Source of the DNA: Chiloscyllium plagiosum
Lineage: Eukaryota
Direction of reading: 5' to 3'
Length of the DNA stretch: 64,000 nucleotides
Assembly (NCBI RefSeq): GCF_004010195.1
Contig: NC_057717.1
Coordinates: 103,548,631-103,612,630 of the forward strand
Shown: positions 37,200 to 50,074 of the stretch, piece by piece
Layout of the letters: each line of letters starts with the position of its first letter
Numbering within the stretch: position 1 is the stretch's first letter
The notes under the pieces: model-generated
Told to the model about the DNA's origin: nothing
Database searches by the model: none
Seen by the model: the letters and a program-made list of their open reading frames with translations, nothing else
Position numbers and translations under genes: made by a program

Positions 37200-37256
37200 T
37201 CAGTAACAGTAATCGGAATAATCTTCTTCCACGTAGTTGGCTGGGAAAAAACCGAC
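37200..37256 (-). CDS. VAV1: VAV1 last coding exon (end of C-terminal SH3)
   Basis: VGFFPANYVEEDYSDYCY*, matching the VAV1-type tail VGWFPANYVEEDYSEYC; good acceptor. Confidence 0.95.
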   Translation of the reverse strand, partial: VGFFPANYVEEDYSDYCY

Positions 37257-38752
37257 CTGGAAACAGAGAACGGGCAACGTTACACACCGGTCAAATACAA
37301 CTGTTTGTACAAGCGTAGATCTTCAGAGTTAGGGCAGGGCCCCTCCAGTCTGCTCCACCTTTCAGTAAGACTGGGGTTGATCTGCCTGATCTCCACTTCC
37401 CAATTTCTCCTGTATCACAAATGTCTGTGCGACACAGCTTTGAATTAACTCAAAGGCACAGCCTCCACTACTATCTGCTTTTGTGATAGCAGTAGGGACA
37501 GCAGAGGGTCAAATAGACATCCTGCCTTGTATAGGCTATTAACTGGGTCATTCACAAAATGCTGCAGATCTGAAACATGAGCTGGAAAAACTCAGCAGAT
37601 GAGGATGCATCTGTGAAGAGGAACAGAGTTAACTTGAGATCAGATGAAAGGTTATCAACAGGAAACGTTCGCTCTGTTTCTCGCTACAGTCCTGTGTGGA
37701 CAGCAGAGATTTCCAACATTTTTTGATCATTTTTTAAAATCTCATTCTTGGTGAGAGATTACTGCACAGATGTTTTTCACATCACAACAGTGACTACATT
37801 ACAAAACAGCGATGTGGCTCTCTGGAACAAACTGTGAATGCTGCTTTGCAAGTCCAACTCCCCTCCCCTGGGAGGCTAGCAACCAGAGAGCAGTAGTGGT
37901 ACTGTGGTAACGTCAGAAGGCTTGTAATCTGAAGTCAAGATTAATTTTCTGGGGATGTGGGTTCAAATCCCACCACAACCAACAGCAAGTAAGGTGGAAG
38001 TATGAAAAACAACCTCTCTTCTTGATTAAATGAGAGCTTAGGGTGTAGAAAGTACTGCCTGGAAATGTGGTGGAGGCAGGTTCAATTGAGGCATTCAAGA
38101 GTGGGTACTTGGCTAGAAATCCTTCCTGAAGAAGGGCTTATGCCCGAAACGTCGATTCTCCTGCTCCTTGGATGCTGCCTGACCTGCTGCGCTTTTCCAG
38201 CAACACATTTTCAGCTCTGATCTCCAGCATCTGCAGTCCTCACTTTCTCCTGGAAAGAGTGTGCAGGGATTTGGGGAAGAGGCAGGGGATTAGCATTGGG
38301 TCACGTCGTTCGTTTGAAGAGCTGATGCAGACACCTCGGTGCTGTCAGTTAAACATCACACAACATCAGGTTATCACCCAACAGGTTTAATTGGAGCTTT
38401 CAGAGCGCTGCTCCTTCATCAGGTGCTGTAACATATTTGTGCTTCTATGATATTTAAATCCCGGTACATAAACTATAAAGCTTGCCTAATGTCGATCACC
38501 CCATCTGGTTCACTGAAGGAAACTGCCATCCTTACCTGGTCTGGCCTACAGGTGACTCCAGACCCACAGCAACGTGGGTGACTCTTAACCACCATTGGGA
38601 ATGGGGAACAAATAATTACTGGATTAGTCTCAACTGGGTTCTAAAGGAAAGGGCTGTTTTAAGCTGTATGTACACATTTGCCAGTGAGACGCAGAGTGAC
38701 AAGTGGAAACTGGGTTGGGAACAAAGATTGGAAACACGAGATTACCACACAC

Positions 38753-38904
38753 CCTGCCGTATACTTCTCCTTTCCACCATCCAGGTGATCCTTTCTTATT
38801 GATGATCTTAACCACATCTCCTTCTTTCAAGCTCAGTTCCGATCGATCCCGGGCTGAGAAATCGTAACGGGCCTTTGCTGTCCCAAAGCACTTCAAACTT
38901 GCCC
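38753..38904 (-). CDS. VAV1: VAV1 C-terminal SH3 exon
   Basis: [50 protein letters not shown]; AG/GT bounded, 152 nt. Confidence 0.96.
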
Positions 38905-41900
38905 CTGCAAGGCATCAAAATCAGAGGAGATCCTCAACGCCAGTATAGTAAATTCCCGATTAAAGTTGGAATTAGATTAATAGTCACATCATTTAAAAGG
39001 GACTAAAGGGCAACTTTTTCACACAGAGGGTGGTGCGTGTATGGTACAAGCTGCCAGAGGAAGTGGTGGAGGCTGGTACAATTACAATGTTTAAAAGGCT
39101 TCTGGATTGGTATATGAATAGGAAGGGTTTAGAGGGACATGGGCCAAGTGCTGGCAGGTGGGACTCAATTAACTTAGGATATCAGGTCAGCATGAGAGTC
39201 TGTTTCAGTGCTGTACATCTCTATGACACAAAGTACAGTGAAATGTGTACAATGTCACCGCATAAAATATAGTGCCACTTTCATAGATGCTCATAAAATC
39301 CCTACAGTATGGAGAGGCCATTTGACCCATCTAGACCATACCAACCCCCTGAAGGGCATCCCACTCAGTCACTGTAACCCTGCATCTCTCACAGCTGATC
39401 CATATAACCTACATCCCTGTAGTCAATGGGCAATTTAGCATGGACAATCCACCAAACCTGCATATCTTGGACAGTGGGAGGAAACCCACGCAGACACAGG
39501 GAGAATGTGCAAAACTCCTCACAGACAGTGACCCCAGGGTGGAATTGAACCCACATCTCTTGCGCTGAGAGGTAGTAGTGCTAACCACTGAGGCTCCGTA
39601 CCACCTCTTATGTACTATTGGTACAAAAATAGTGAAATAAAGAGAAAAGCTAAAAGTTCTACATTACAGTTCTTCACATTATAAATTAGGATGACAAAGA
39701 CATAAAGTTAACTGATAACTCCTTTGAAGATGGTTTGGAGATGCCAGTGTTGGACTGGGGTGTACAAAGTTAAAAATCATACACCAGGTTATAGTCCAAC
39801 AGGTTTAATTGGAAGCACTAGCTTTCAGAGCGCTGCTCCTTCATCAGGTGATCATTAGATTAGATTACTTACAGTGTGGAAACAGGCCCTTCGGCCCAAC
39901 AAGACCACACCAACCCTCCGAAGAGCAACCCATCCAAACTCATTCCCCTACATTTACCCCTTCACCTGACACAACAGGCAATTTAGCATGGCCAATTCAC
40001 GTATAAAGGAGCGGCACTCCGAAAGCTAGTGTGCTTCCTTTGAACATGGTTTTGTATTAAGAGAATAGTTACATTAATTTGTTTTAACATTGTGAGTGTT
40101 AATTTTTCCTCATGCTTCCTCTCCTATATGCCAACCTCCTTCCAGCTCCTATCCCTATCCTCAGACAATCTTCCTCCCATCTCCAAATCCCTATCCCACT
40201 CCTCTCTGTTTGTCCCGGTCTCCTCTCCTGGCTCCTGTTCTGAACTTGCATTGCTGCCTTGGGCAGTTTCCTGATGAAGGGCTTTTGCCCGAAATGCTCT
40301 CCTGCTCCTGCTCCTCGGATGCTGCCTGACCTGCTGTGCCTTTCCAGCACCACTCTGATCTTGACTCTAATCTCCAGCAACTGCAGTACCCACTTTTGCC
40401 ACGTTTGCCTTGGGCACTACCTAGAGCCAGATATTGGTTAGTGCAACCAACTACTGCCACCAGATGGAGCCTTGTTAATTAAAACTGCAGGGAATTGGTA
40501 TTTATTTAATCTTTCTTGTCAACTTTTAATTTTTATGATATTGTAAAGGTTTTATAACATGGAATGTACACCATTTCAACTCAGTAATATTTTAAAGTAT
40601 TGGGAAAGGTCCTGAGTATTCTAATAGTTGCTGAATGATGTATTTATACTATTTAAGATGGATTACACAGTACTACAGATATGCTCCTGTATTCGAACCA
40701 GCACATTGTGTACCCAGAGCAAAAAAAATAACTGAAGGAACCTAACTCCAGTCCTACCATTGACTTCTAGGGGAAGCTGTGATTCACTTAATTTTTCCAT
40801 TTAAAGTCATGGTTTTCAGGAATATAATCACTGGGATCGGGCCTATGTGATTCACCTCTCTCTCTGCAAGAACCTGCAGCTACAACTTGAGGGGTGGCAT
40901 GGTGGCTCAGTGGTTAGCATCACTGCCTCACAGCACCAGGGATCTGGGTTCAAGTCCAGCCTCAGGTGACTGTCTGTGTAGCATTTGCACATTGCCCCCA
41001 TTGTCTGCGTGGGTTTCCTCCCACAGACCAAAGATGCGCAGGTTAGGGTGGATTGGCCAGGCTGAGTTGCCCACCGTGTGCAGGTTCGGTGAATTAGCCA
41101 TGGGAAATGCAGGGATGTGAGTGGGTATGGGCTGAATGGCCTGTTTCAATACCGTAGAGACTCTATATGAATTGAAAACTTTTGCTAACTTCTCACTGCA
41201 TTTGGCAACCCCTGCTTGATTAATGACACCACACTCCCAGTATTGGACACTCGATGCCCTCGCCACAGCCAATCAGAACGTAGATCAACACTTCATTAGA
41301 TGATTCTGATCAATCAACTCCCCTACAATTTGGCTGACAAAGTGACAAATTTAAGATAAAATGACAAGTTTAAGGCAAATCTTTCAACACTGCACTTTCT
41401 TTTGATGTCCCAATGATATTTCTCCAAAGCTTGCTTGTGTCAATATTCTAGAGATAAAAATGTGAAAACTAGGAACAACAATAGGTCATTCAGTCCCGAA
41501 AGACTGCTCTGCCGTTCGATATGATCGGAGCTGATTTTATTATTCCACGTCCTTGCCTGCCTGCTCCATCTAACCCTTACTTGTTGAGAATCTCTCTACC
41601 TCTGACCTAAGAACGTTCAGGACTCTGCATTCACCACCTTTTCAGGAAGACAGTTCCCAAAGACGTACCTCCTTCTGAGAGAGAAGATTTCTCATCTCTG
41701 CCGTAAATGATGTCTGTTTTTGAACCCCCCTCTGAGAAGAGGAAACGTCCTCAGGGACAACTTGCAAACTCCACACAGACAGTCGCCCGAGACTGGAATC
41801 GAACCCGGGTCCCTGGCGCCGTGAGGCTAACCACCGAGCCACCATGACTTTACTGCGGTCGGACTACCCACTAACAATCTCTCAGAAGAGAGATGATCTG

Positions 41901-42055
41901 AGTCACTATCACACATTGGTTTGTGGGAGTTTACTGTGCACAAACCTTTGTCTGGAAGTGCTCTCAGACATCCTGTGAATATGAGAGGCAGTACGGGAAA
42001 CATTCCGGGGCTTTGTTTATTCCCCATCTGTTCATCCACCTCTTTGTGCACTCAC

Positions 42056-42170
42056 CTGAAAACTTAGGAATGGTTCTTTTTTCTGGTTCTTGGAAAGAAT
42101 TTTGCAAAGCTGTATCCATCGTCTTAAAACATTCCTTTAGGGAATTGTGCTGGTAAAATTCCACCAATTC
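42056..42170 (-). CDS. VAV1: VAV1 SH2 C-terminal exon
   Basis: ELVEFYQHNSLKECFKTMDTALQNSFQEPEKRTIPKFS(G); 115 nt; GTGAGT donor. Confidence 0.96.
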
Positions 42171-42354
42171 CTGCAGGAAAACAAGGATCTGTTTGTCTGT
42201 TGAAGGTGATCTTTTTGGGATGAGGCTTTGGGATGAGAGAACACATAACACATGCAAAACTATTCAGAAATCCAAATTAACGAAACCACAGGGGTCCAGC
42301 AGATACAGCATTAATGCAAATTCAACTCCCATGGATTGCAGACATGAGATGTTC

Positions 42355-42668
42355 GATTAGATTAGATTAGATTCCCTACAGTGTGGAAACAGGCCATTTG
42401 GCCCAACCAGTCCACACTGACCCTTCAAAGAGTAACCCACCCAGACCCATTTTCCTCTGACTAATGCACCTAACACTACGGGCAATTTAGCATGGCCAAT
42501 TCACTTGACCTACACAGCTTTGGATTGTGGGAGGAAACCGGAGCACCTGGAGGAAACCCACGCAGAGAGAATGTGCAAATTCCACACAGACAGTCACCCG
42601 AGGGTGGAATCAAAAGCAGGTCCCTGGCACAGCGAGACTGCAGTACTAAATACTGAGCCACCATTACG
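42355..42668 (-). mobile_element. tRNA-derived SINE
   Basis: Same family with (ATTAG)n tail; further copies near 7830, 39300, 40890, 45060, 45965, 47405, 59928, 61278. Confidence 0.85.
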
Positions 42669-42859
42669 TCCATGAAAGTGACTCATAAACAGAACATAAT
42701 CAGAGAAGGATAAATGCAGAAAGTGCTGGAGAAATGTGGACTGCAGTCACACTGGACTCTAAATTTTAACTCTCTCTCTCTCTTTCTCCACAGATGCTGC
42801 CTGACCTGCTGAGTTTCTCCAGCACTTTTTGCTTCAGATCTCCAGCATCCACGGTACCT

Positions 42860-43365
42860 TTAAAGTACCGCCACAAACTCACCTGCACCTCCACACACAT
42901 CATTTACTGCATCCGCTGCACCCGATGTTGCCTCCCCTATATTGGGGAGACAGGCCGCCTACTTGCGGAACGTTTCAGAGAACACCTCTGGGACACCCGG
43001 ACCAACCAACCCAACCACCCTGTAGCTCAACATTTCAATTCCCCCTCCCACTCCACCAAGGACATGCAGGTCCTTGGACTCCTCCATCGCCAGACCATAG
43101 CAACACGACGGCTGGAGGAAGAGCGCCTCATCTTCCGCCTAGGAACCCTCCAACCACAAGGGATGAACACTATCGCATTTCCAACACCCCTCCTCCCTAC
43201 CTTTTATCTTAGCCTGCTGGACACACTCTCCTCATTCCTGAAGAAGGGCTCATGCCCGAAACGTCGATTCTCCTGCTCCTTGGATGCTGCCTGACCTGCT
43301 GCGCTTTTCCAGCAACACATTTTCAGCTCTGATTTCCAGCATCTGCAGTCCTCACTTTCTCCTAC
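42860..43365 (+). mobile_element. Penelope-like element 3' end: GIY-YIG endonuclease fragment plus terminal repeat with hammerhead-like core
   Basis: LTCTSTHIIYCIRCTRCCLPYIGETGRLLAERFREHL..VAQHFN..RRLEEERLIFRLGTLQPQGMN; core CTGAAGA..GAAACGTC at 43238-43265. Confidence 0.9.
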
Positions 43366-43670
43366 CTTTAAAGTCTGAATGGAACTGGGTGCGCTGAAGT
43401 AGTAGGAGGCCAGTCTGCCCATCATAACTTTGCAATCCCTTTGAAAGAGCTCTCCAAGTATAAAAACTAGGAACAGGAGTAGGAAACTCAGCCAGTCGAG
43501 CCTGCTCCACCATTTAATACGATCATGGCTGACTCCTCTTGGCCTGAACTCCACTTGCCTGTCCACCCCTTGTAGGCCATGGCTAATTGATTATCTGCCT
43601 GTCTCCCCCTTGTGTTTATTCAGTGCCCTGGCATCCATCAAACTCTGGGGTCATGAATTCTATAGATAGT

Positions 43671-44227
43671 TGGCACGGGGTTGCCATTAGGCTAGCTTTA
43701 TATGATATGGACTAGGGCAGACCCCCTCAAAATACTCTAAGAAAGTAGCCTAGACCCTAACGTTTTCTTATGTTAAGGGCAAATGCAAAGTGAGTGTTCC
43801 AGGTGCGATGTAGCTGGTCAAACCACTTGGCTTTACGCAAAACAGAATTTATTTAAATACTATAATTGAAACACAGACAAAAGAATACTTTAACTAATGG
43901 AAGACCTAACCAACCCAACAACAGTATTTGTTACTAATGAATTGTTCCAATATAGTACCACCCCATGAACACACCCCCTAGCTGAAAGGTAAATCCAAAC
44001 ACAGATTCCTACAGGCAGGAGGGAACAACATCTACAGAGGAATCCTTTACTGAAGCTTGCAACTCCCCTGGACTCATGCAGAGTGACTCTTACAGCTAAA
44101 AACACTAGAGAAAACTTGAACTGAGAGAACTGGCCACTCCCCTTGTCTTGTTAAACTGGACCCTTCAGCACCTCTGCTTTATGACCCAGGAACAAAGTAA
44201 CTTCTTTAAAGTGACAGCATCGCCACA
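43671..44227 (-). mobile_element. Putative solo LTR
   Basis: Minus strand begins TGTGGCG and ends CA, with an internal AATAAA; no clear TSD seen. Confidence 0.45.
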
Positions 44228-45455
44228 ATATATCAGATTTTTTTTAAAAAATTGGTTCAAATGTCACCATTTGCCATCGCAGGATTTGAACTCAGAAAAC
44301 TGGCCTGCCATTTTGTATAACTAGAGTGAAGAGAGTGGTGCTGGAAAAGCACAGCAGGTCAGGCAGCATCCAAGGAGTAGGAGAATCAATGTTTCGAGCA
44401 AAAGCCCTTCATCAAGCCCTTTCCTGTAGTATTCACTTTCACCTGTTCGTATAACGAGCCCAGTGACATTATCATGACGCCATCACTTTCCACACGGAAA
44501 GTGAATTCAAATTTCTCCATCTGCCATGGCAGGATTTGAACCCAGGGCCTCGGGACCTGTAGATAAATAGCCTCCCAGGAACGTCGCTGGGCCACTGCTC
44601 CTTCCAATTAGTTAAATCTTCCCTGAACACTTTTTCCCCACATTATGCTCCTTTTTCCAGGTCTTTTCCAATCACCGAACAATAGTTTTTTTGTTGCCTT
44701 TGGATTATAAACAAGAAACCTCTTCATTTCATCCCCAGTCAATTCTTTTGCCAGTCACCTCCCGTCCTGGCAGTGAAAACAGCTTCTCTCTGCCTACTTT
44801 TTCAATTCTGCTGAAAGTGTGTGTCTGTTTTGCAATCTTCTCTGTCCTACGGAGAACCAGCTTTTTAAGTACCACAGCAACAACAGAAGTTCTGTGCCCC
44901 CAGGTGATATTCGCCTTCTGTGCCCCATTCAAAGACCTGACACCCTCCTGCAAGTCTTTTTTCCTGAAGTTGGTAGCTGCCAGAGCACATCAGGTAAGAA
45001 ACCATTACACACAGAATGTTGCGAAACTCAGAAACCTTGTCATACATGTTGATCAGAATCACAGAATCCCTGCAGCATGAAAACAGGCCATTTGGCCCAT
45101 TGAGTCTACACCTAGACCCAATGTATCCCTGCATTTCCCATGGCTAATCCAGCTAACCTACACATCCCTCGACACTATGGGCAATTTCCCATGGCTAATC
45201 CACCCTAACCTGGACATCTTTGGACTGTGGGAGGAAACCCACGCAGACACGGAGGGGATGTGCAAATTCCACGCAGACAGTCATCCTGAGGCTGGAATCA
45301 AACCCGGGTCCAAGGCACTGTGGAGTAGCAGTGCTAACCACTGAGACACCGTGCTGTATCCCTTGACAGGATATTTATCAACAGGGAGACCTCTCTGGCC
45401 TGGGTTGAAGTGTATGCGTTTGTTGTACCACAGTTTAAATTCGGTTCATACATAC

Positions 45456-45543
45456 CAGTAATGACTTGAAGGCCTTCTTGTCTGTCACACGGAATAAACC
45501 ATCTGATGTGGTCACCTTGATGTGCTTTACTTCTGAATTGAAC
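45456..45543 (-). CDS. VAV1: VAV1 SH2 middle exon
   Basis: FNSEVKHIKVTTSDGLFRVTDKKAFKSLL; 88 nt; AG/GT bounded. Confidence 0.95.
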
Positions 45544-46392
45544 CTGTCACAAAACATCATAAAATATTAACGTCGTGGCCTGAAGCCTTTACTGAACTGT
45601 CTGAGACACTGTGCTGTGCAGTCCTGACCCATGAACGTTTGATATTTTAACAGCAGAGTTAAGACCCAATGTTCAGTCTGAATGAAGAGACCCATTGAGA
45701 CTGAACAAAAGAACACACAAACTAGCAGCAACAGCAGGCCAATCAGACCCTTCAAGAATGCTCCTCCATTCAGGTGATCTGACTCATCATCTTCAACAGG
45801 AGACCCCTTATTTATGAGCTGCATCTTCACTCATTCTGGTCTCTGGAAGAGTTTCAGCCTCAACTAATTACCTATTCGGAGTGTCTCGGTGTGGAACTGT
45901 ACCCCAAGTCTGATAAACCAAACCATCTGCTTCAATACAGAGTCAGGTCACAGACCTGCTATCATCTTAGAATCCCTACGGTGCAGAAACAGGACATTCA
46001 GCCCATCGAGTCCACACCACCCCTCCGAAGAGCATCCCACCCGGACCTGTATTTCCCATGGCCAATCCCATGGCACATCTTTGGACTGCGGGAGGAAACC
46101 AGAGCGTCCGGAGGAAACCCACGCAGACACTGTGCAAAAACAGTCGCCTGAGGGTGGAATCGAACCAGTGTCATTGGTGCTATGAGGCAGCAGTGCTAAC
46201 CACTGAGCCACCATGTTGCCCCTATGGAACGATAGAACAGGTCTGATGGGCTCAATGGCCTCCTGTTATTCCTAATAATGAATCCACTTCACAGTCACAA
46301 TAAACCAAATTTTGCTGGTTAAATAGAGACATAACAAGATGGCATAAACCTGGACCTCACTGCCTGTGCGGGTGAGAGAGGCAGAAACCCTT

Positions 46393-46892
46393 NNNNNNNN
46401 NNNNNNNNNNNNNNNNNNNNNNNNNNNNNNNNNNNNNNNNNNNNNNNNNNNNNNNNNNNNNNNNNNNNNNNNNNNNNNNNNNNNNNNNNNNNNNNNNNNN
46501 NNNNNNNNNNNNNNNNNNNNNNNNNNNNNNNNNNNNNNNNNNNNNNNNNNNNNNNNNNNNNNNNNNNNNNNNNNNNNNNNNNNNNNNNNNNNNNNNNNNN
46601 NNNNNNNNNNNNNNNNNNNNNNNNNNNNNNNNNNNNNNNNNNNNNNNNNNNNNNNNNNNNNNNNNNNNNNNNNNNNNNNNNNNNNNNNNNNNNNNNNNNN
46701 NNNNNNNNNNNNNNNNNNNNNNNNNNNNNNNNNNNNNNNNNNNNNNNNNNNNNNNNNNNNNNNNNNNNNNNNNNNNNNNNNNNNNNNNNNNNNNNNNNNN
46801 NNNNNNNNNNNNNNNNNNNNNNNNNNNNNNNNNNNNNNNNNNNNNNNNNNNNNNNNNNNNNNNNNNNNNNNNNNNNNNNNNNNNNNNNNNNN
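46393..46892. other. Assembly gap (500 N), probably hiding VAV1 exons
   Basis: Run of N between phase-incompatible VAV1 exons. Confidence 0.95.
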
Positions 46893-48169
46893 ATTAAATC
46901 ATTTTATTTAGCTTCCGGGTTAATTCATTACTGTTTGATAATATTTGTTCATATTACTCCCTGTTAATCCCTTAAACCGATTGTACAAAAGCAAAATACT
47001 GCGGGTGCTGAAATTCCGAGGAAAACTCAGGAATATCAAAGAAAAATTCATCCCAGACTCAAAATGTTAACTCTGTTTCTCTCAGCATGAATGCTGCCAG
47101 ACCTGTTGTGTTTCTCCAGCATTTTGTGTTCGCTCCAAACCAGCTATCAAATTGAAATTGAGACATTTGGATCTTTTCCCTTGTGGAGTGGGTTTATTGA
47201 CTTCCTCAGTCTTATAACTCCTGACCCACACCCAGTGTCCTAGGTGCAGCCTTTATATTTTCTTATTTATTTCCTAATCAACCTATTTAGAGATGTTACT
47301 ACACACCTTTCAAGCAGGTGGGACTTGAACCTGAGCCAGAGGTACACACACTACCACAAGGACCCTTTAAATAGGTTTGCATGCCATGATGAACAGCCAT
47401 CTTTCTTACAGTGTGGAAACAGGCCCTTCGGCCCAACAAGTCCACACTGACCCTCCAAAGAGTAACCCCCTTCCCTCTGACTAATGCACCTGACGTTATG
47501 GGCAATGTAGGATGGCCAATCCACCTGGCCTGCTGGACTTTAATTGGGAAAAATCTGGTCTGTGGAAGGAAACCGGAGCACCCTGAGGAAACCCACGCAG
47601 ACACGGGGAGAATGTGCAAACTCCACACAGACAGTCACCCGAGGCTGGAATCGAACCCAGATCCCTGGTGCCTTTACTTTATGATTATGTATGACTTCTG
47701 TCACTGACGCAGGCTCTGTGGTTAGGCAATTTATGTGACTTTTCACTGTATTTTTCATGTGAAAGTACAGGGGAACCTGTACTTAAATTGACAATAAATT
47801 TCTCTTCAATTTTGTTGTAATGTAATGAAAATGATGACCACTAGATAGCACCAAAGAGCAGAATCCCAGTGCAACAGGCAAAGATCTTCATAAAATCAAT
47901 ACTGGATGTTTATGAGCAATCTGAAATGCATTAATTTTCTATGTTAAACCCAGATTTCCCAAAGGTGTATTGCGTTGTATTTAGTCATGGAGGGTGTTTG
48001 CATTTAGTGCTTGCTCAGATATTCCCCAGGGATGTAATCATTTGGTGATCCTTTACCTTCACCTCTGATCATTGGCAGCATTGATTATGCTGAGTACTCA
48101 TTTCTCATCACTTTAACTAAAAGCTACATTTGAGTTGGATAGAGGTGGTTAGTCACAGTCATACTGCAT

Positions 48170-49265
48170 GAGAGAATTCTAGAACACTGGTGTTTAACTG
48201 GGAGAATTCTGGCCTTTAAGTAGAGAAAATACTGGTCTTTCACTGGGAGAAATCTGGTCTTTAACTGGGAGAAATACTGATCTTTAATTGGGAGAACTCT
48301 GGTGTTTAATGGGAGAACTGTGTATGTTTAATTGGGAGAAATCTGGTCTTTAACTGGGAAATTTTGTCTTAAACTGGCAACAAATCTGGTCATTCACTGG
48401 GACGTATCTGGTATTTAACTGGGATAACTGGTCTTTAAGTGGTAGACCTCTGGTCATTAACTGGGAGAATACTGGTCTTTAATGGGAGAACACTGGTCTT
48501 TAACTGGGAGAAATCTGGCCTTTGGGTGAAATCTGGTCTTTAACTGGGAGAAATCTGGTATAAAACTGGGGAAAATCTGGTATTTAACTGGGAGAATGCT
48601 GGACTTTAATTGGGAAAAATCTGGTCTTTAACTGGGTGAAATCTGATCTTTAACAGATAGAAATCTGGTCTTTAACTGGGAGAACTCTTTTTTTTCTGGG
48701 AGAATACAGGTCTTTAACAGGGAAAATACTGGTCTTTAATGGGAGATCTCTGGTCTTTAACTGGGAGAAATCTGTTCTTTAATTGAGAGAAATCTGGTCT
48801 TTAACTGGGAGTACTCTCATCTTTAATTGGGAAACTCTGTCTCTAACTGGGAGAAATCTGGGTTTTAAACTGGGAGAAATCTGGGTTTTAAACTGGGAGA
48901 AATCTGGGCCTTTAACTGGGAGAACTCTGGTCATTCATTGGGAGGTATCTGGTCTTTAACTGGGAGATATACAGATCTTGAACTGGGAGAAATCTGGTCA
49001 TTCACTGAGAGAACTCTGACCTTTAAATGATAGAAATCTGATCTTTAACTGGAGGAACTCTGGTCTTTAATTGGGAGAAGTCTGAATATTTAACTGGGAG
49101 AACTCTGTCTTTAACTGCAAGAAATCTGTTTTTTTAACAGGGAGAACATTGGTCTTTAACTAGGAGAAATCTGGTCTTTAACAGGGTGAAGTCTGGGTCT
49201 TTAACTGGGACAACTCAGGGTATTTAACTGGGAGACATCTGGTCTTTAACTGGGAGAACTCTTTC
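48170..49265. repeat. ~22-bp tandem satellite (CTGGTCTTTAACTGGGAGAAAT), roughly 50 degenerate copies, in a VAV1 intron
   Basis: Contiguous head-to-tail units over 1.1 kb. Confidence 0.95.
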
Positions 49266-49603
49266 ACTGAAATTAGTATCACATTCAGAATAGACACGAG
49301 ATACCACAACAGGCGTCAGTATTAATTTCGGGAATATTGGCTAGGGTTTCTGTTCCTTATTGCGATGCACTTCTTGTCCAAAGTGCAATAAAATCATTGT
49401 TGTTTGATGATCTTAAGGAAAGAAGGGCCCAACTGATGCAACAGTAATGCATATGCAATGTTTGCTGTACAAAAGAAGGCCATTCAGCCCATCACAGTTG
49501 TGCCAATTCTGCGTAAACCTGCAGGAATATTAAGAAGAAAATGACAACAATGTGAAAACCTACTGCGACACCGGGATGACACAAATCAGTCTGTGCAGCT
49601 CAC

Positions 49604-49740
49604 CTCCCACCACTGCTGCTCCACTTCTGCTTTGGTGAGTTCAATGATATCCCCTAGAAGCAGCTTCAGAGCAGGTCCGAACGCTACGGGTGGAGGAGGC
49701 ATCCCGAAATATTCTTGGCAGACTTCCGTTTTGGGCAAAC
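49604..49740 (-). CDS. VAV1: VAV1 N-terminal SH3 exon
   Basis: (G)LPKTEVCQEYFGMPPPPVAFGPALKLLLGDIIELTKAEVEQQWWE; 137 nt. Confidence 0.96.
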
Positions 49741-50074
49741 CTGAGGGAAGGGGAGAGGAGATGAGAGCCCTCAAACCTGTCAGTAGTTTGCCAACAGCAT
49801 GATATGTCAAATTTTATCTTCCTCTCAATCATTCTTCTCCCTCCATTACCCTTCAATGTCCTTTGATACTGATCAACTGAAACATGGCTACAATCCAGCT
49901 CAGGATTAACAGCCATATTTCAGAGGGCTGAATGATATCCTCACGCACAAGATGTGAATATTTTGTGCCAATGATCTATTCAGAAGTAATACTATTTATG
50001 AATTATTGCCACACAATGATTTTTTTTAATACATTCTGCACTCCCAGGACAATTTGCAAGATAATTCCCTACAA

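Noticed and set aside
48170-49265. CRISPR array
   Set aside because: Units are contiguous with no unique spacers, there are no cas genes, and the context is a eukaryotic intron
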